Shown here in pieces: positions 42,388-52,783 of a stretch of DNA of 64,000 nt (position 1 is its first letter; the number at the start of each line of letters is the position of its first letter). Where the stretch lies: positions 59,003 to 123,002 of the forward strand of contig DYJI01000007.1 of the NCBI GenBank assembly GCA_020723185.1, read 5' to 3'. The notes beneath the pieces were generated by a model, which saw only the letters and a list, made by a program, of their open reading frames with translations, made no database searches and was not told the origin of the DNA. The position numbers and the translations under genes are program-made. The DNA comes from Sideroxydans lithotrophicus. Its GTDB lineage: Bacteria; Pseudomonadota; Gammaproteobacteria; Burkholderiales; Gallionellaceae.

Positions 42388-42903
42388 ATGAAGAGCATAT
42401 TCTTGGCATTGGTATTCGGTGCGGTCCTCGCATCCCAGGCGCAGGCTGCCGACTTCCGTATCGGCATCGTCGATACGGAGCGCATCCTGCGCGAATCGGC
42501 ACAGGCGCTCGCCGCCCAGAAGAAGATCGACAAGGAGTTCTCGGTGCGCGACCAGGAGATCAAGCAGCTGGCCGGCGAACTGAAGGATGCACAAGAGGAA
42601 CTGGACAAGGATCGCAGCAAACTGTCGGACTCCTCGCGCCGTATCAAGGAGCGCGAGATCGCCAACCTCAATCTGCAATTGCAGACCAGGCAGCGCGAGT
42701 TCCGCGAGGATCTGAGCCTGCGCCAGAACGAAGAGCTGGCACAGATCCTCGCCAAGGCAGACAAGGCGATCCGCGCCATCGCCGAGAGCGAACAGTACGA
42801 TGTCATCCTGCAGGAGGCGGTCTATCGCAACCCGCGTGTGGACATCACGGACAAGGTGCTCAAATACCTGGAAGGCGAACCGCTATCCGGGGCTGGCAAG
42901 TGA
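42388..42903 (+). CDS. skp: Periplasmic chaperone Skp/OmpH
   Basis: IGIVD...coiled coil...YDVIL...DITDKVL; canonical position after bamA. Confidence 0.92.
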   Translation: MKSIFLALVFGAVLASQAQAADFRIGIVDTERILRESAQALAAQKKIDKEFSVRDQEIKQLAGELKDAQEELDKDRSKLSDSSRRIKEREIANLNLQLQTRQREFREDLSLRQNEELAQILAKADKAIRAIAESEQYDVILQEAVYRNPRVDITDKVLKYLEGEPLSGAGK

Positions 42904-42924
42904 CTTCCAGTCGGGACTGAACGA

Positions 42925-43965
42925 ATGGATCGACCGATCTACAGTCTGGCCGACATCGCGGCCCGTTTCGGCGGGGAGGTGCTCGGTGACGCGCAAACCG
43001 CCGTGTCGCAGATCGCCACGCTGGAGAAGGCCGGGCCTGGGAATATCGCATTCCTCGCCAATGGCAAATACCGCAAGCAGCTGGAAGACAGCCATGCTTC
43101 CGCGGTGATACTCGGTGCCGCCGATGCCGACCTGACGCAGCGTCCGCGCATCGTCGCCGCAAATCCGTATTCCTATTTCGCCAGGCTGTCGGCCTTCCTC
43201 AATCCCCTGCGCGAGTATGCGCCCGGTATACATGCCAGCGCGGTGATCGAACCAGGCGCGCATGTCTCACCGGATGCGCACATTGGTGCCAACGTGTGGG
43301 TGGGCGAGGGGGCACGCATCGGTGCCCGTTGCGTGGTGATGGCCGGTTGCACCGTCGGCGAACAGGTGGCACTGGGGGAGCACGTGCGGCTGTATCCCAA
43401 TGCCAGCATCTATCACGGCTGCGTGCTGGGCGACCATGTCATCGTGCATTCCGGAGCCATCATAGGCGCGGACGGATTCGGCATCGCCATGGACGAAGGT
43501 CGCTGGCTGAAGATCCCGCAGATCGGCCGCGTCATCATCGGCGACCATGTCGAGATCGGTGCCAACACCACCATCGACCGTGGCGCGCTGGACGACACGG
43601 TGATCGAGGAGGGCGTGAAGCTGGACAACCAGATCCAGGTCGCGCACAACGTGCGCATCGGCGCGCATACCGCCATCGCTGGTTGCGTCGGTATCGCCGG
43701 AAGCGCGCGCATCGGGCGCTACTGCCGCATTGGCGGCGGGGCCATCATCCTCGGCCATCTGCAGGTCGCGGACGAGGTGGAGGTCTCTGCAGGTACGGTG
43801 ATCACCAAAAGCATAGACAAGGGCAGCTACACCGGCACCTACCCGTTCAGCGACAACCAGGCGTGGCGCCGCAACGCCGCGCAGCTGCGCCATCTGGACG
43901 AGATGGCGAAACGTATCCGACAACTTGAACACGACATAGCAACATTGAAGGGGAGAGAAGCATGA
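42925..43965 (+). CDS. lpxD: UDP-3-O-acyl-glucosamine N-acyltransferase
   Basis: Hexapeptide repeats, [27 protein letters not shown]. Confidence 0.96.
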   Translation: MDRPIYSLADIAARFGGEVLGDAQTAVSQIATLEKAGPGNIAFLANGKYRKQLEDSHASAVILGAADADLTQRPRIVAANPYSYFARLSAFLNPLREYAPGIHASAVIEPGAHVSPDAHIGANVWVGEGARIGARCVVMAGCTVGEQVALGEHVRLYPNASIYHGCVLGDHVIVHSGAIIGADGFGIAMDEGRWLKIPQIGRVIIGDHVEIGANTTIDRGALDDTVIEEGVKLDNQIQVAHNVRIGAHTAIAGCVGIAGSARIGRYCRIGGGAIILGHLQVADEVEVSAGTVITKSIDKGSYTGTYPFSDNQAWRRNAAQLRHLDEMAKRIRQLEHDIATLKGREA

Positions 43966-44408
43966 GCATCACCATGGACATACATGAAGTACTGGAACAC
44001 CTGCCGCACCGTTACCCGTTCCTGTTGATCGACCGCGTGCTCGACGTGGTGCCCAACGAGCGCATCGTGGCACTCAAGAACGTGACCATGAACGAGCCGT
44101 TCTTCCCCGGTCACTACCCGCATCATCCGGTGATGCCCGGCGTGCTGATCATCGAGGCGATGGCGCAGGCTTCGGCCCTGCTGTCGTTCAAAAGCATGGG
44201 TACCAAGCCGGACGAGAATTCCGTGTACTACTTCGTGGGCATCGACAACGCGCGCTTCAAGCGTCCCGTCAGTCCCGGCGACCAGTTGATCTTCCGCATG
44301 GAGCTGACCATGAACCGTCGCGGCATGTTCAAGTTCAAGGGCACGGCCGAAGTGGACGGCCAGATCGCCGCAGAAGCGGAACTGATCTGCGCGATCAAGG
44401 AAAAATAA
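43962..44408 (+). CDS. fabZ: 3-hydroxyacyl-ACP dehydratase
   Basis: [16 protein letters not shown]...[12 protein letters not shown]. Confidence 0.97.
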   Translation: MSITMDIHEVLEHLPHRYPFLLIDRVLDVVPNERIVALKNVTMNEPFFPGHYPHHPVMPGVLIIEAMAQASALLSFKSMGTKPDENSVYYFVGIDNARFKRPVSPGDQLIFRMELTMNRRGMFKFKGTAEVDGQIAAEAELICAIKEK

Positions 44409-45187
44409 TGAGCGAATTGCGCCACCCGACCGCGATCATCCATCCGGGCGCGAAACTGGCCGACGATGTCAGCGTCGGCCCTTATACCATCATCGGCGAG
44501 CATGTCGAGATCGGGGCGGGTACGACGGTCGGCCCGCATGTGGTGATCAACGGCCACACCACCATCGGCAAGAACAACCGCATCTTCCAGTTCTCCTCGC
44601 TGGGCGAGATCCCGCAGGACAAGAAGTACGCCAACGAACCGACGCGGCTGGAGATCGGCGACAACAACATGATCCGCGAATTCTGCACCTTCAACCTGGG
44701 CACCGCGCAGGACAAGGGCGTGACGCGCGTCGGCAACAACAACTGGATCATGGCCTATGTGCATCTGGCGCATGATTGTCAGGTCGGCAACAACACCATC
44801 TTCGCCAACAACGCGCAACTGGCCGGCCACGTGATCGTGGATGACTACGCCATCCTCGGCGGCTTTACCGTGGTGCACCAGTTCGTGCAGATCGGCGCGC
44901 ATGTCATCACCGGCATGGGCAGCATCCTCTTCCAGGACATCCCGACCTATGTCACCGTGTCCGGCAATCCGGCCGCGCCGCACGGCACCAATTCCGAAGG
45001 CCTGAAACGTCGCGGTTTCTCCAGTGCGGCGGTGATGGCGATCAAGCGCGCCTACAAGACGCTGTACAAATCCGGCATGACGCTGGAAGAAGCGAAGGCC
45101 GCCATCGCCGCGCAGGCAGCTGAGCATCCGGAGCTGCAAGCCATGCTCGAATTCCTCGGACGCACCCAGCGCGGCATCGTCCGTTGA
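44408..45187 (+). CDS. lpxA: UDP-N-acetylglucosamine acyltransferase
   Basis: Hexapeptide repeats, PQDKKY, HLAHDC, NSEGLKRRGF. Confidence 0.96.
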   Translation: MSELRHPTAIIHPGAKLADDVSVGPYTIIGEHVEIGAGTTVGPHVVINGHTTIGKNNRIFQFSSLGEIPQDKKYANEPTRLEIGDNNMIREFCTFNLGTAQDKGVTRVGNNNWIMAYVHLAHDCQVGNNTIFANNAQLAGHVIVDDYAILGGFTVVHQFVQIGAHVITGMGSILFQDIPTYVTVSGNPAAPHGTNSEGLKRRGFSSAAVMAIKRAYKTLYKSGMTLEEAKAAIAAQAAEHPELQAMLEFLGRTQRGIVR

Positions 45188-45189
45188 TC

Positions 45190-46353
45190 ATGACAATTCC
45201 GGTCAAGACTATCGCCATCGTGGCGGGCGAGGCGTCGGGCGACATGCTCGCCAGCATGCTGATGCAGGCCATCAGGCAGGCTTATCCCGAAGTGCGCTTC
45301 GTCGGCATCGGTGGTCCCAAGATGCAAGCGGTCGGCATGGAGATACTGTTCCCGCTGGAAAAGCTTGCAGTGCGCGGCTATGTGGAGGTATTGCGTCATT
45401 ACCGCGAGATCGTCGGCATCCGCGACCAGTTGCGCAAACGTTTCATCGCGCACAAGCCAGACCTGTTCATCGGTGTCGACGCACCCGATTTCAATCTCGA
45501 CCTCGAAGTGGCATTGAAGTCGCACGGCATCCCCACCGTGCACTATGTCAGTCCCTCCATCTGGGCCTGGCGCGGCGAACGCATCCACAAGATCAAGCAG
45601 GCTGTGTCCCATATGCTGTGCCTGTTCCCGTTCGAGGCACCGATGTATGAGAAGGCGGGTGTGCCGGCCACCTATGTCGGCCATCCGCTGGCAGACTTCC
45701 TGCCAGAGCAACCGAAGCGCACCGAGATGCGCGAGCAGATGCGCATCCTGCCCAGGACGGCTAAAGTGTTCGCGCTGCTACCCGGCAGTCGCCAGAGCGA
45801 GGTGCGCCAGCTCGCCGAGACTTATATAGAGACGGCCAGACTCATCTGGCAGCGATGTCCCGACGCCCAGTTCCTGGTGCCGCTGGCCACGCGCGAGACG
45901 CGGAACATCTTCGAGCAGGTGCGCTGGAAACTGAATGCGCAGGAATTGCCGATGACGCTGCTGTTCGGTCATGCGCACGATGCGATGATTGCCGCCGACG
46001 GCGTGCTGGTCGCATCCGGTACCGCCACACTGGAAGCCGCATTGCTCAAACGCCCCATGGTCATCACTTACAAGATGCCGGCGCTGTCCTGGTGGTTGCA
46101 CAAGCGCAAGATGTACCAGCGCTGGGTCGGTTTGCCGAACATCCTCGCCGGACGCTTCGTGGTGCCCGAGATATTGCAGGACGATGCGACGCCGCAGAAT
46201 CTGGCACAGGCGTTACTCAATCTGGTGAACAACAAGGCTGCGGTCGAAGAGCTGGAACAGACCTTCACCGCGATGCATCACAGCTTGCGCCAGAATACGG
46301 CGCAGAAAGCAGCGGCAGCCATCCTGCCGTTGCTGGTGAGAGATGCAGACTGA
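45190..46353 (+). CDS. lpxB: Lipid-A-disaccharide synthase
   Basis: [38 protein letters not shown]. Confidence 0.96.
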   Translation: MTIPVKTIAIVAGEASGDMLASMLMQAIRQAYPEVRFVGIGGPKMQAVGMEILFPLEKLAVRGYVEVLRHYREIVGIRDQLRKRFIAHKPDLFIGVDAPDFNLDLEVALKSHGIPTVHYVSPSIWAWRGERIHKIKQAVSHMLCLFPFEAPMYEKAGVPATYVGHPLADFLPEQPKRTEMREQMRILPRTAKVFALLPGSRQSEVRQLAETYIETARLIWQRCPDAQFLVPLATRETRNIFEQVRWKLNAQELPMTLLFGHAHDAMIAADGVLVASGTATLEAALLKRPMVITYKMPALSWWLHKRKMYQRWVGLPNILAGRFVVPEILQDDATPQNLAQALLNLVNNKAAVEELEQTFTAMHHSLRQNTAQKAAAAILPLLVRDAD

Positions 46354-46939
46354 GCTGCTCATCTGCGGGGTGGACGAAGCGGGTCGCGGCCCGCTGGCCG
46401 GACCGGTGAGTGCGGCAGCGGTGATCCTCGATCCCAAGCGCCCCATCGCAGGACTGGCCGATTCCAAAAAACTATCCGAGAAGCAACGTGATCGACTCGC
46501 GCCCATCATCCGCGAGCAGGCATTGGCCTGGTGTGTCGCCTATGCCGAACCGGGCGAGATCGATGAGCACAACATCCTGCAAGCGACCCTGCTGGCGATG
46601 AAACGCGCCGTGTATGGCTTGTCCATCCGGCCGCAGCAGGTGCTGGTGGACGGCCTGTATTGCCCGGATACTGGCATTCCCAGCGAGGCCATCGTCAAGG
46701 GCGACAGCAAGGTGGCGGCGATCTCTGCTGCATCGATACTGGCGAAAACCGCACGCGACAAGATCATGCTGCAGATGCACGCGCGTTATCCGCAATATGG
46801 ATTCGACGCACACAAGGGTTATCCTACGGCAGTGCATCTGGCCGCCTTGCGTACCCACGGCGTGCTGGACATCCATCGACTATCATTCAAACCGGTGCGG
46901 GAAGCGATCGCACCCATTACACAGGAGCGAACATGCTGA
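46343..46939 (+). CDS. rnhB: Ribonuclease HII
   Basis: [31 protein letters not shown]. Confidence 0.96.
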   Translation: MQTELLICGVDEAGRGPLAGPVSAAAVILDPKRPIAGLADSKKLSEKQRDRLAPIIREQALAWCVAYAEPGEIDEHNILQATLLAMKRAVYGLSIRPQQVLVDGLYCPDTGIPSEAIVKGDSKVAAISAASILAKTARDKIMLQMHARYPQYGFDAHKGYPTAVHLAALRTHGVLDIHRLSFKPVREAIAPITQERTC

Positions 46940-47391
46940 CATTTCTGAAACTGCTGCATCTGTTGGGCGTCGTGGTCTGGGTGGGCGGCATGTTCTTCGC
47001 CTACATGGTGTTGCGTCCGGTCGCGGCCGATGTGCTGCAACCGCCTGAACGACTGCGGCTGTGGAACGGCGTGTTCGCCCGCTTCTTCAACTGGGTATGG
47101 CTCGCCATCGGCGCCATCCTGCTCAGCGGCCTGTATCTGATCTATCTGTACGGCGGCATGGGGAATGTGGGCCATTACGTGCATGTCATGCTGCTGCTCG
47201 GGCTGGTGATGGTCGGTATCTACGTCTATGTGTTCTTCGGCTGCTTCGTACCGTTCAGTCTGCATGTGGAGAAGGAACGCTGGAAGGAGGCGGGGGCCCT
47301 GCTGGGCAAGATACGCCAACTGGTCGCCATCAATCTTTCATTGGGATTACTGACCATGGCCGTCGCTACCATCGGCATCCTGTTCGGTTAA
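46933..47391 (+). CDS. CopD/DUF2269-like membrane protein
   Basis: [17 protein letters not shown]-terminal motif; four TM segments. Confidence 0.7.
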   Translation: MLTFLKLLHLLGVVVWVGGMFFAYMVLRPVAADVLQPPERLRLWNGVFARFFNWVWLAIGAILLSGLYLIYLYGGMGNVGHYVHVMLLLGLVMVGIYVYVFFGCFVPFSLHVEKERWKEAGALLGKIRQLVAINLSLGLLTMAVATIGILFG

Positions 47392-47401
47392 GGAGAAGGA
47401 T

Positions 47402-47644
47402 ATGCAAAAGCTCGTATTCATCCTGATCTGCGCAGTGATCGGCATGGCCATCGGCTACGGCATCTTCGGCAAGATCGCCGGTCATTACGTCAGTGTGAGC
47501 AGTCTGCTCTCGTTCGGCGGCAACGCCTTGCAGAACGCCTGGAACTCCGTGTCCGGTCTGGCCGAGATGCGCAACAAGATTTTGCTGTGCGGCGCGGGCG
47601 GTGCGGTGGTCGGTTTCCTGTTGTCGACGCGGCTGAAGAAATGA
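47402..47644 (+). CDS. Small hypothetical membrane protein
   Basis: AGGA RBS, two hydrophobic segments, host codon bias. Confidence 0.6.
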   Translation: MQKLVFILICAVIGMAIGYGIFGKIAGHYVSVSSLLSFGGNALQNAWNSVSGLAEMRNKILLCGAGGAVVGFLLSTRLKK

Positions 47645-47675
47645 GCGGGCAGGGTGCAGCCTGTCCCCGCGACCC

Positions 47676-49700
<2,025 letters not shown>

Positions 49701-49708
49701 GTCGAACC

Positions 49709-49750
49709 ATGAAAGTTAGCGTCCTCTTTGTCTGCATGGGCAATATCTGA
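49709..49750 (+). pseudogene. 5' stub of a low-molecular-weight protein-tyrosine phosphatase gene, interrupted at attL
   Basis: Translates MKVSVLFVCMGNI-stop. This is the VLFVCxGNICRS P-loop with the second Cys codon read as TGA, and integrase lies 52 nt downstream. Confidence 0.85.
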
Positions 49751-49769
49751 AACGCCCGCAGGCAATGGA

Positions 49770-49802
49770 CTTGTAAAACTTTAGTAAAATCCTTGTAAAG
49801 TC
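49770..49802 (+). repeat. Three 11-bp-period direct repeats, candidate integrase arm-type sites
   Basis: CTTGTAAAACT / TTAGTAAAATC / CTTGTAAAGTC between the junction and the int stop. Confidence 0.6.
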
Positions 49803-50912
49803 TTACCCGACTTTTACCCACTCGTCACCACGCACGTCGCGGTAAATTGCGGTGGTGGCAGCATCTTTGTGGCCAGCGATTGCTTGGGCATAATCCCCGC
49901 CTTGGCTCTCGGTGTAGAGTCGGATCGACAGGCTGCGGATTTCGTGGAAAGAGGGCGGGGTTTTGCCGTTCTCCCCCTTGATGCCGGCTAGGTCTCGTGC
50001 ACGGGCGAAACCCTTGGAGATGGTATCCACCCATACCTGATCACCAGGCTTGGATAGCGACCTAGGACGGGTGTGGTGAACAAGCCAGCGGCTGACGATG
50101 TTATCTCGGCATGCTTTGACGGTGGACGACAAGGAGAAACCAGCTATGCAGGTGTCGAGAGGGATGCTGACCTTGTTTTTGGTCTTACCTTGAATGACGT
50201 AGAGCCGATCATCAATCCATGCGGTCGAGTCTTTTCCACGCCGGAATTCGAGGGCTGCGATATCCTCCCTGCGCTGAGAGGTGAGCAAGGCCAGCTCCAT
50301 GGCTCGCGATATCCATGCATCAAGCTTCAAAGCCTGTTCGTAGATAAGCATGAAGTCTGGCAGTGTTAGGCGAGATCGATTGACTACGACTGTGGGCGCT
50401 CGTGTTTTTGCTGCAAGATTGTCTTCAGCCCAGCCTTCCTCAACGGCATCTTTCCAAATGTCCACTGCAGCTGAACGCATTGCTAGAGCCATGCGGGGGC
50501 GATCTTCGTAGCTATCCAGCACCTCTACCAATTGTCGCACCTTGATTTCTGAAAGATGGGTACCGGCCCCCAATGCCTTCTCCCATGCGCGGCCAGTGCT
50601 AGCTTTGTTTTTCAGAGTGTTCGCGGCAAGCTTGCGCTTCTTCTCACACAATTCAAGATGGCGCGACAGTACGCGACCAAATGTTGGAGAGCTTGGTTTG
50701 TTCTCGACGATGGTAGATAGACGCGTTGTGGCAATACTTGCATAGATAGCGCTGTTCAGTGCCATCGTGTCTGCTATTGCCTGCTCTTTGTTGGATCCGA
50801 GACCATGGCGCTTTCCGGAGCGAGGATCGCGATAGGCGTAATACACCTTGCCAGAGGTTTTATCCTCGGTGCGGTATAGATTCATTGGCAAATTGTGACG
50901 ACGTGGCCTCAT
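49803..50912 (-). CDS. int: Lambda-type tyrosine integrase with N-terminal arm-binding domain
   Basis: N-terminal RPRRHNLPMNLY..YYAYRDPRSGK; catalytic R (SQRRED), K, HxxR (FHEIRSL), GH and Y (YRDVRG). Confidence 0.95.
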   Translation of the reverse strand: MRPRRHNLPMNLYRTEDKTSGKVYYAYRDPRSGKRHGLGSNKEQAIADTMALNSAIYASIATTRLSTIVENKPSSPTFGRVLSRHLELCEKKRKLAANTLKNKASTGRAWEKALGAGTHLSEIKVRQLVEVLDSYEDRPRMALAMRSAAVDIWKDAVEEGWAEDNLAAKTRAPTVVVNRSRLTLPDFMLIYEQALKLDAWISRAMELALLTSQRREDIAALEFRRGKDSTAWIDDRLYVIQGKTKNKVSIPLDTCIAGFSLSSTVKACRDNIVSRWLVHHTRPRSLSKPGDQVWVDTISKGFARARDLAGIKGENGKTPPSFHEIRSLSIRLYTESQGGDYAQAIAGHKDAATTAIYRDVRGDEWVKVG

Positions 50913-51127
50913 GCCGCGTGGAGTATTTGCAGTGCGCGTGGTGACATTTCCATATTAGTGCATTGTACAACCACTGGAGTGCGGACCGCATTCTCGTCCA
51001 CCATGTAGCAGGTACCAACTTTTTCGGCGCCTGCAATCTGTCCTGTGGCCGCCCACGAGCGCAATATTCTGATTGATGGAGAGGGGCTATAGTGGCGGCG
51101 CCCCCAGTCTTGAAGGGTGACTTTCAT
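50909..51127 (-). CDS. xis: Excisionase (lambda Xis-like)
   Basis: 72 aa; TLQDWGRRHYSPSPSIRILRSWAATGQI; GGAG RBS; ATGA coupling to int. Confidence 0.85.
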   Translation of the reverse strand: MKVTLQDWGRRHYSPSPSIRILRSWAATGQIAGAEKVGTCYMVDENAVRTPVVVQCTNMEMSPRALQILHAA

Positions 51128-51155
51128 GGCGTTTACTCCAGAATTAACGCCGATG

Positions 51156-51196
51156 AGTGTAGAGCACTAAACCCTTAAAGGTCAAGAAGACTAAAC
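51156..51196 (-). promoter_or_regulatory. xis-int promoter overlapped by two 16-bp operators
   Basis: Minus strand TTGACC-N18-TACACT; operators at 51157-51172 and 51181-51196 match those at 52256-52318. Confidence 0.8.
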
Positions 51197-51209
51197 CCGC
51201 AAGGCAAAA

Positions 51210-51497
51210 TTAAGTAGATTTTCCAGAATTTCTAGCGAGTCGATCGGCTTGTCGGTCCAGACTTCTGGACGTGGCGGCCAAGCTGGTGGCGGTTGCCCGG
51301 ATGAGTTCAAGCACGTCATCTGCTGTGTCGACAGGCTGCCAATCTTCCGGCTTTGTGTGGCCAGATACCACCAAAGGATCTTCCATCATGCGCGTGCGGA
51401 AATCCTCATATGCCACCTGAGCCAATCTCTTGGCGCGTCTGTTGATGCGCGCAATCTGGCTATTGGTGAGCTGTGGCTGAATGGGAGTGTTCGCCAT
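51210..51497 (-). CDS. Hypothetical 95-aa protein downstream of the antisense RNA (candidate antirepressor/effector)
   Basis: AGGA RBS and ATG 51497; no family recognised; position matches that of C4-controlled genes. Confidence 0.65.
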   Translation of the reverse strand: MANTPIQPQLTNSQIARINRRAKRLAQVAYEDFRTRMMEDPLVVSGHTKPEDWQPVDTADDVLELIRATATSLAATSRSLDRQADRLARNSGKST

Positions 51498-51549
51498 GAT
51501 GGCTATCCTGGGCCTGGTTGGTTTTCACCGTCACTGATTGGAATGAGGA

Positions 51550-51620
51550 GGGTGGCAATACGGGTTGACAGACCGGAACCAAGGAACCGGCAGAGCTTTC
51601 GCTCTCCCACACTGCCACCC
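51550..51620 (-). ncRNA. C4 (P1/P7) / CI (P4)-like antisense RNA
   Basis: Three-way junction: 15-bp closing stem GGGTGGCAGTGTGGG/CCCGTATTGCCACCC, AGAGC-GAAA-GCTCT hairpin, (G)CCGG-loop-CCGG(T) hairpin and single-stranded CTGTCAA. The loop and bulge are complementary to an upstream site. Confidence 0.82.
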
Positions 51621-51644
51621 AATAGGGGGCGTGTTTACGGACAT

Positions 51645-51668
51645 AAAAAAGCCGCGGTGCAGGCGGCT
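51645..51668 (-). terminator. Rho-independent terminator between the antisense target and the antisense RNA
   Basis: Minus strand AGCCGC-CTGCACC-GCGGCT followed by TTTTT. Confidence 0.75.
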
Positions 51669-51674
51669 GATCCG

Positions 51675-51693
51675 CTTGGTTCCGAGCTGTCAA
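51675..51693 (-). promoter_or_regulatory. Antisense target site (a1/b1- or seqA-like)
   Basis: TTGACAG-CTC-GGAACCAAG pairs with CTTGGTTCC-GGT-CTGTCAA of the RNA (18 of 19 positions, including one G-U). Confidence 0.8.
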
Positions 51694-51723
51694 ACTCGAC
51701 CGGCAATTTGTGCTGGCCCGCGC

Positions 51724-51752
51724 AGTATGCCTATCAGCGAATTTTGTGTCAA
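51724..51752 (-). promoter_or_regulatory. Near-consensus sigma70 promoter driving the antisense-RNA transcript
   Basis: TTGACA-N17-CATACT; no GTTTAG operator overlaps it. Confidence 0.8.
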
Positions 51753-51886
51753 AAGTGGAAAGGCTCTATCAGGCAACCAATTTGAGGGTAATTTTGGCGG
51801 TAACTCTGATTGCGGTTTTGCTTGCGAGGTAACTGTGTGCGAGCAGCACAGAGAATAGCTTCAGTTGAATTTGAAGCTGAATAACG

Positions 51887-52255
51887 TTATTGGGTCGCCT
51901 GCTTTCTTTGGGTTTGGGGAGCGCCACTATCTCCGTCTGGTTCAGCGAGCGGAGTAATGATTTTGACAGCATCTTTCCGACGGCTTTCGCTCATTGCCTC
52001 CATGATCTTCATTGCCTGGCGAATACTTGGATCAAGCTTCATAGGGCCATCTCCAAGCATCATCCAGCGAGCACTAAACCCAGTGGTTTCCTCGAGCTTG
52101 TATGCATAACGGGGGGCGAAAGACTTAATCAGCCCGGACTGGAGCTGATTCGCAACTGACTTGGACATCCCGCAAAGCTTGCCGAACTCGGTGTCCTCAT
52201 CGATTCCGAGCTCTTGTTTGACGATGGCAATGCGCTCGGGGATTGTTGTTTTCAT
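51887..52255 (-). CDS. CI-like XRE repressor without an S24 peptidase domain
   Basis: 122 aa; N-terminal HTH pattern and FSARWMMLGDG motif; divergent from the cro-like gene. Confidence 0.8.
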   Translation of the reverse strand: MKTTIPERIAIVKQELGIDEDTEFGKLCGMSKSVANQLQSGLIKSFAPRYAYKLEETTGFSARWMMLGDGPMKLDPSIRQAMKIMEAMSESRRKDAVKIITPLAEPDGDSGAPQTQRKQATQ

Positions 52256-52319
52256 GTTTAGACATTAAAACAATTCAAGTTTAGAAGGATTGACTGTCGC
52301 AGGTTTAGTGTTCTACACT
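52256..52319. promoter_or_regulatory. OR-like region with three 16-bp operators and divergent promoters
   Basis: GTTTAG-N4-TAAAAC (52256), GTTTAG-N4-ATTGAC (52279), GTTTAG-N4-CTACAC (52303); rightward promoter TTGACT-N18-TACACT. Confidence 0.8.
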
Positions 52320-52325
52320 GAAAAC

Positions 52326-52547
52326 ATGGACAGCGAGGAACTCAAAAAACATCGGGCACTAATCGAGCAGATAGGCACCGTGCCCCTCATGGTGATGTTC
52401 GACATCAGCAAGGGGGCGATATCTCAATGGCGCAGCAATGGCATCCCAAAGGCTCGCCTGATGTATCTGGAATTGAGTCATCCAGAATTGTTTTCTGACT
52501 CTCCAAAGTCCAAATCGTCAAAAAAGCCACGCAAGGAAACACTATGA
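52326..52547 (+). CDS. Cro-like HTH protein
   Basis: 73 aa; FDISKGAISQWRSNGIPKARLMYL is a typical Cro/transcriptional regulator pattern. Confidence 0.8.
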   Translation: MDSEELKKHRALIEQIGTVPLMVMFDISKGAISQWRSNGIPKARLMYLELSHPELFSDSPKSKSSKKPRKETL

Positions 52548-52783
52548 GTGGCAGCAATACCAGTTTGAACGCGCGCAAATCAGGTGACGGTTGTTTGCTC
52601 AGGTGTCTCCTTCACACGTTATCTGAGTCGCTGCGAGGGGTATGGGTGCCCCGGGCAGTAACACTGCTGCGCGTTCCCCTTTCTAGGTTCGCTCGGAATA
52701 CACAGAGCGAATCACAACCTCAAGACTACAACAAATCATCTCACTGGGTGCTGGTCGCCTCACCATCGAAGGATCATCGATGA
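52544..52783 (+). CDS. Hypothetical 79-aa protein at the cII-equivalent position
   Basis: ATGA overlaps with both cro and rep; no family recognised. Confidence 0.45.
   Translation: MSGSNTSLNARKSGDGCLLRCLLHTLSESLRGVWVPRAVTLLRVPLSRFARNTQSESQPQDYNKSSHWVLVASPSKDHR

Noticed and set aside
49701-49802. tRNA or tmRNA as the integration target
   Set aside because: No cloverleaf or CCA-type end at the junction; the target is a protein-coding gene.
51460-51693. 77-aa minus-strand ORF (TTG start) spanning the antisense RNA, possibly an ash/Icd-like peptide
   Set aside because: No RBS, and it crosses a terminator; the sequence is fully explained by RNA structure. A regulatory leader peptide cannot be excluded but is not supported.
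51833-51851. CTGT...ACAG as a LexA box
   Set aside because: The spacer is 11 bp, not the 8 bp required.
52326-52343. Cro-like protein and Fur (21128) both start MDSEEL
   Set aside because: Six residues only, with different synonymous codons and unrelated downstream sequence; coincidence.
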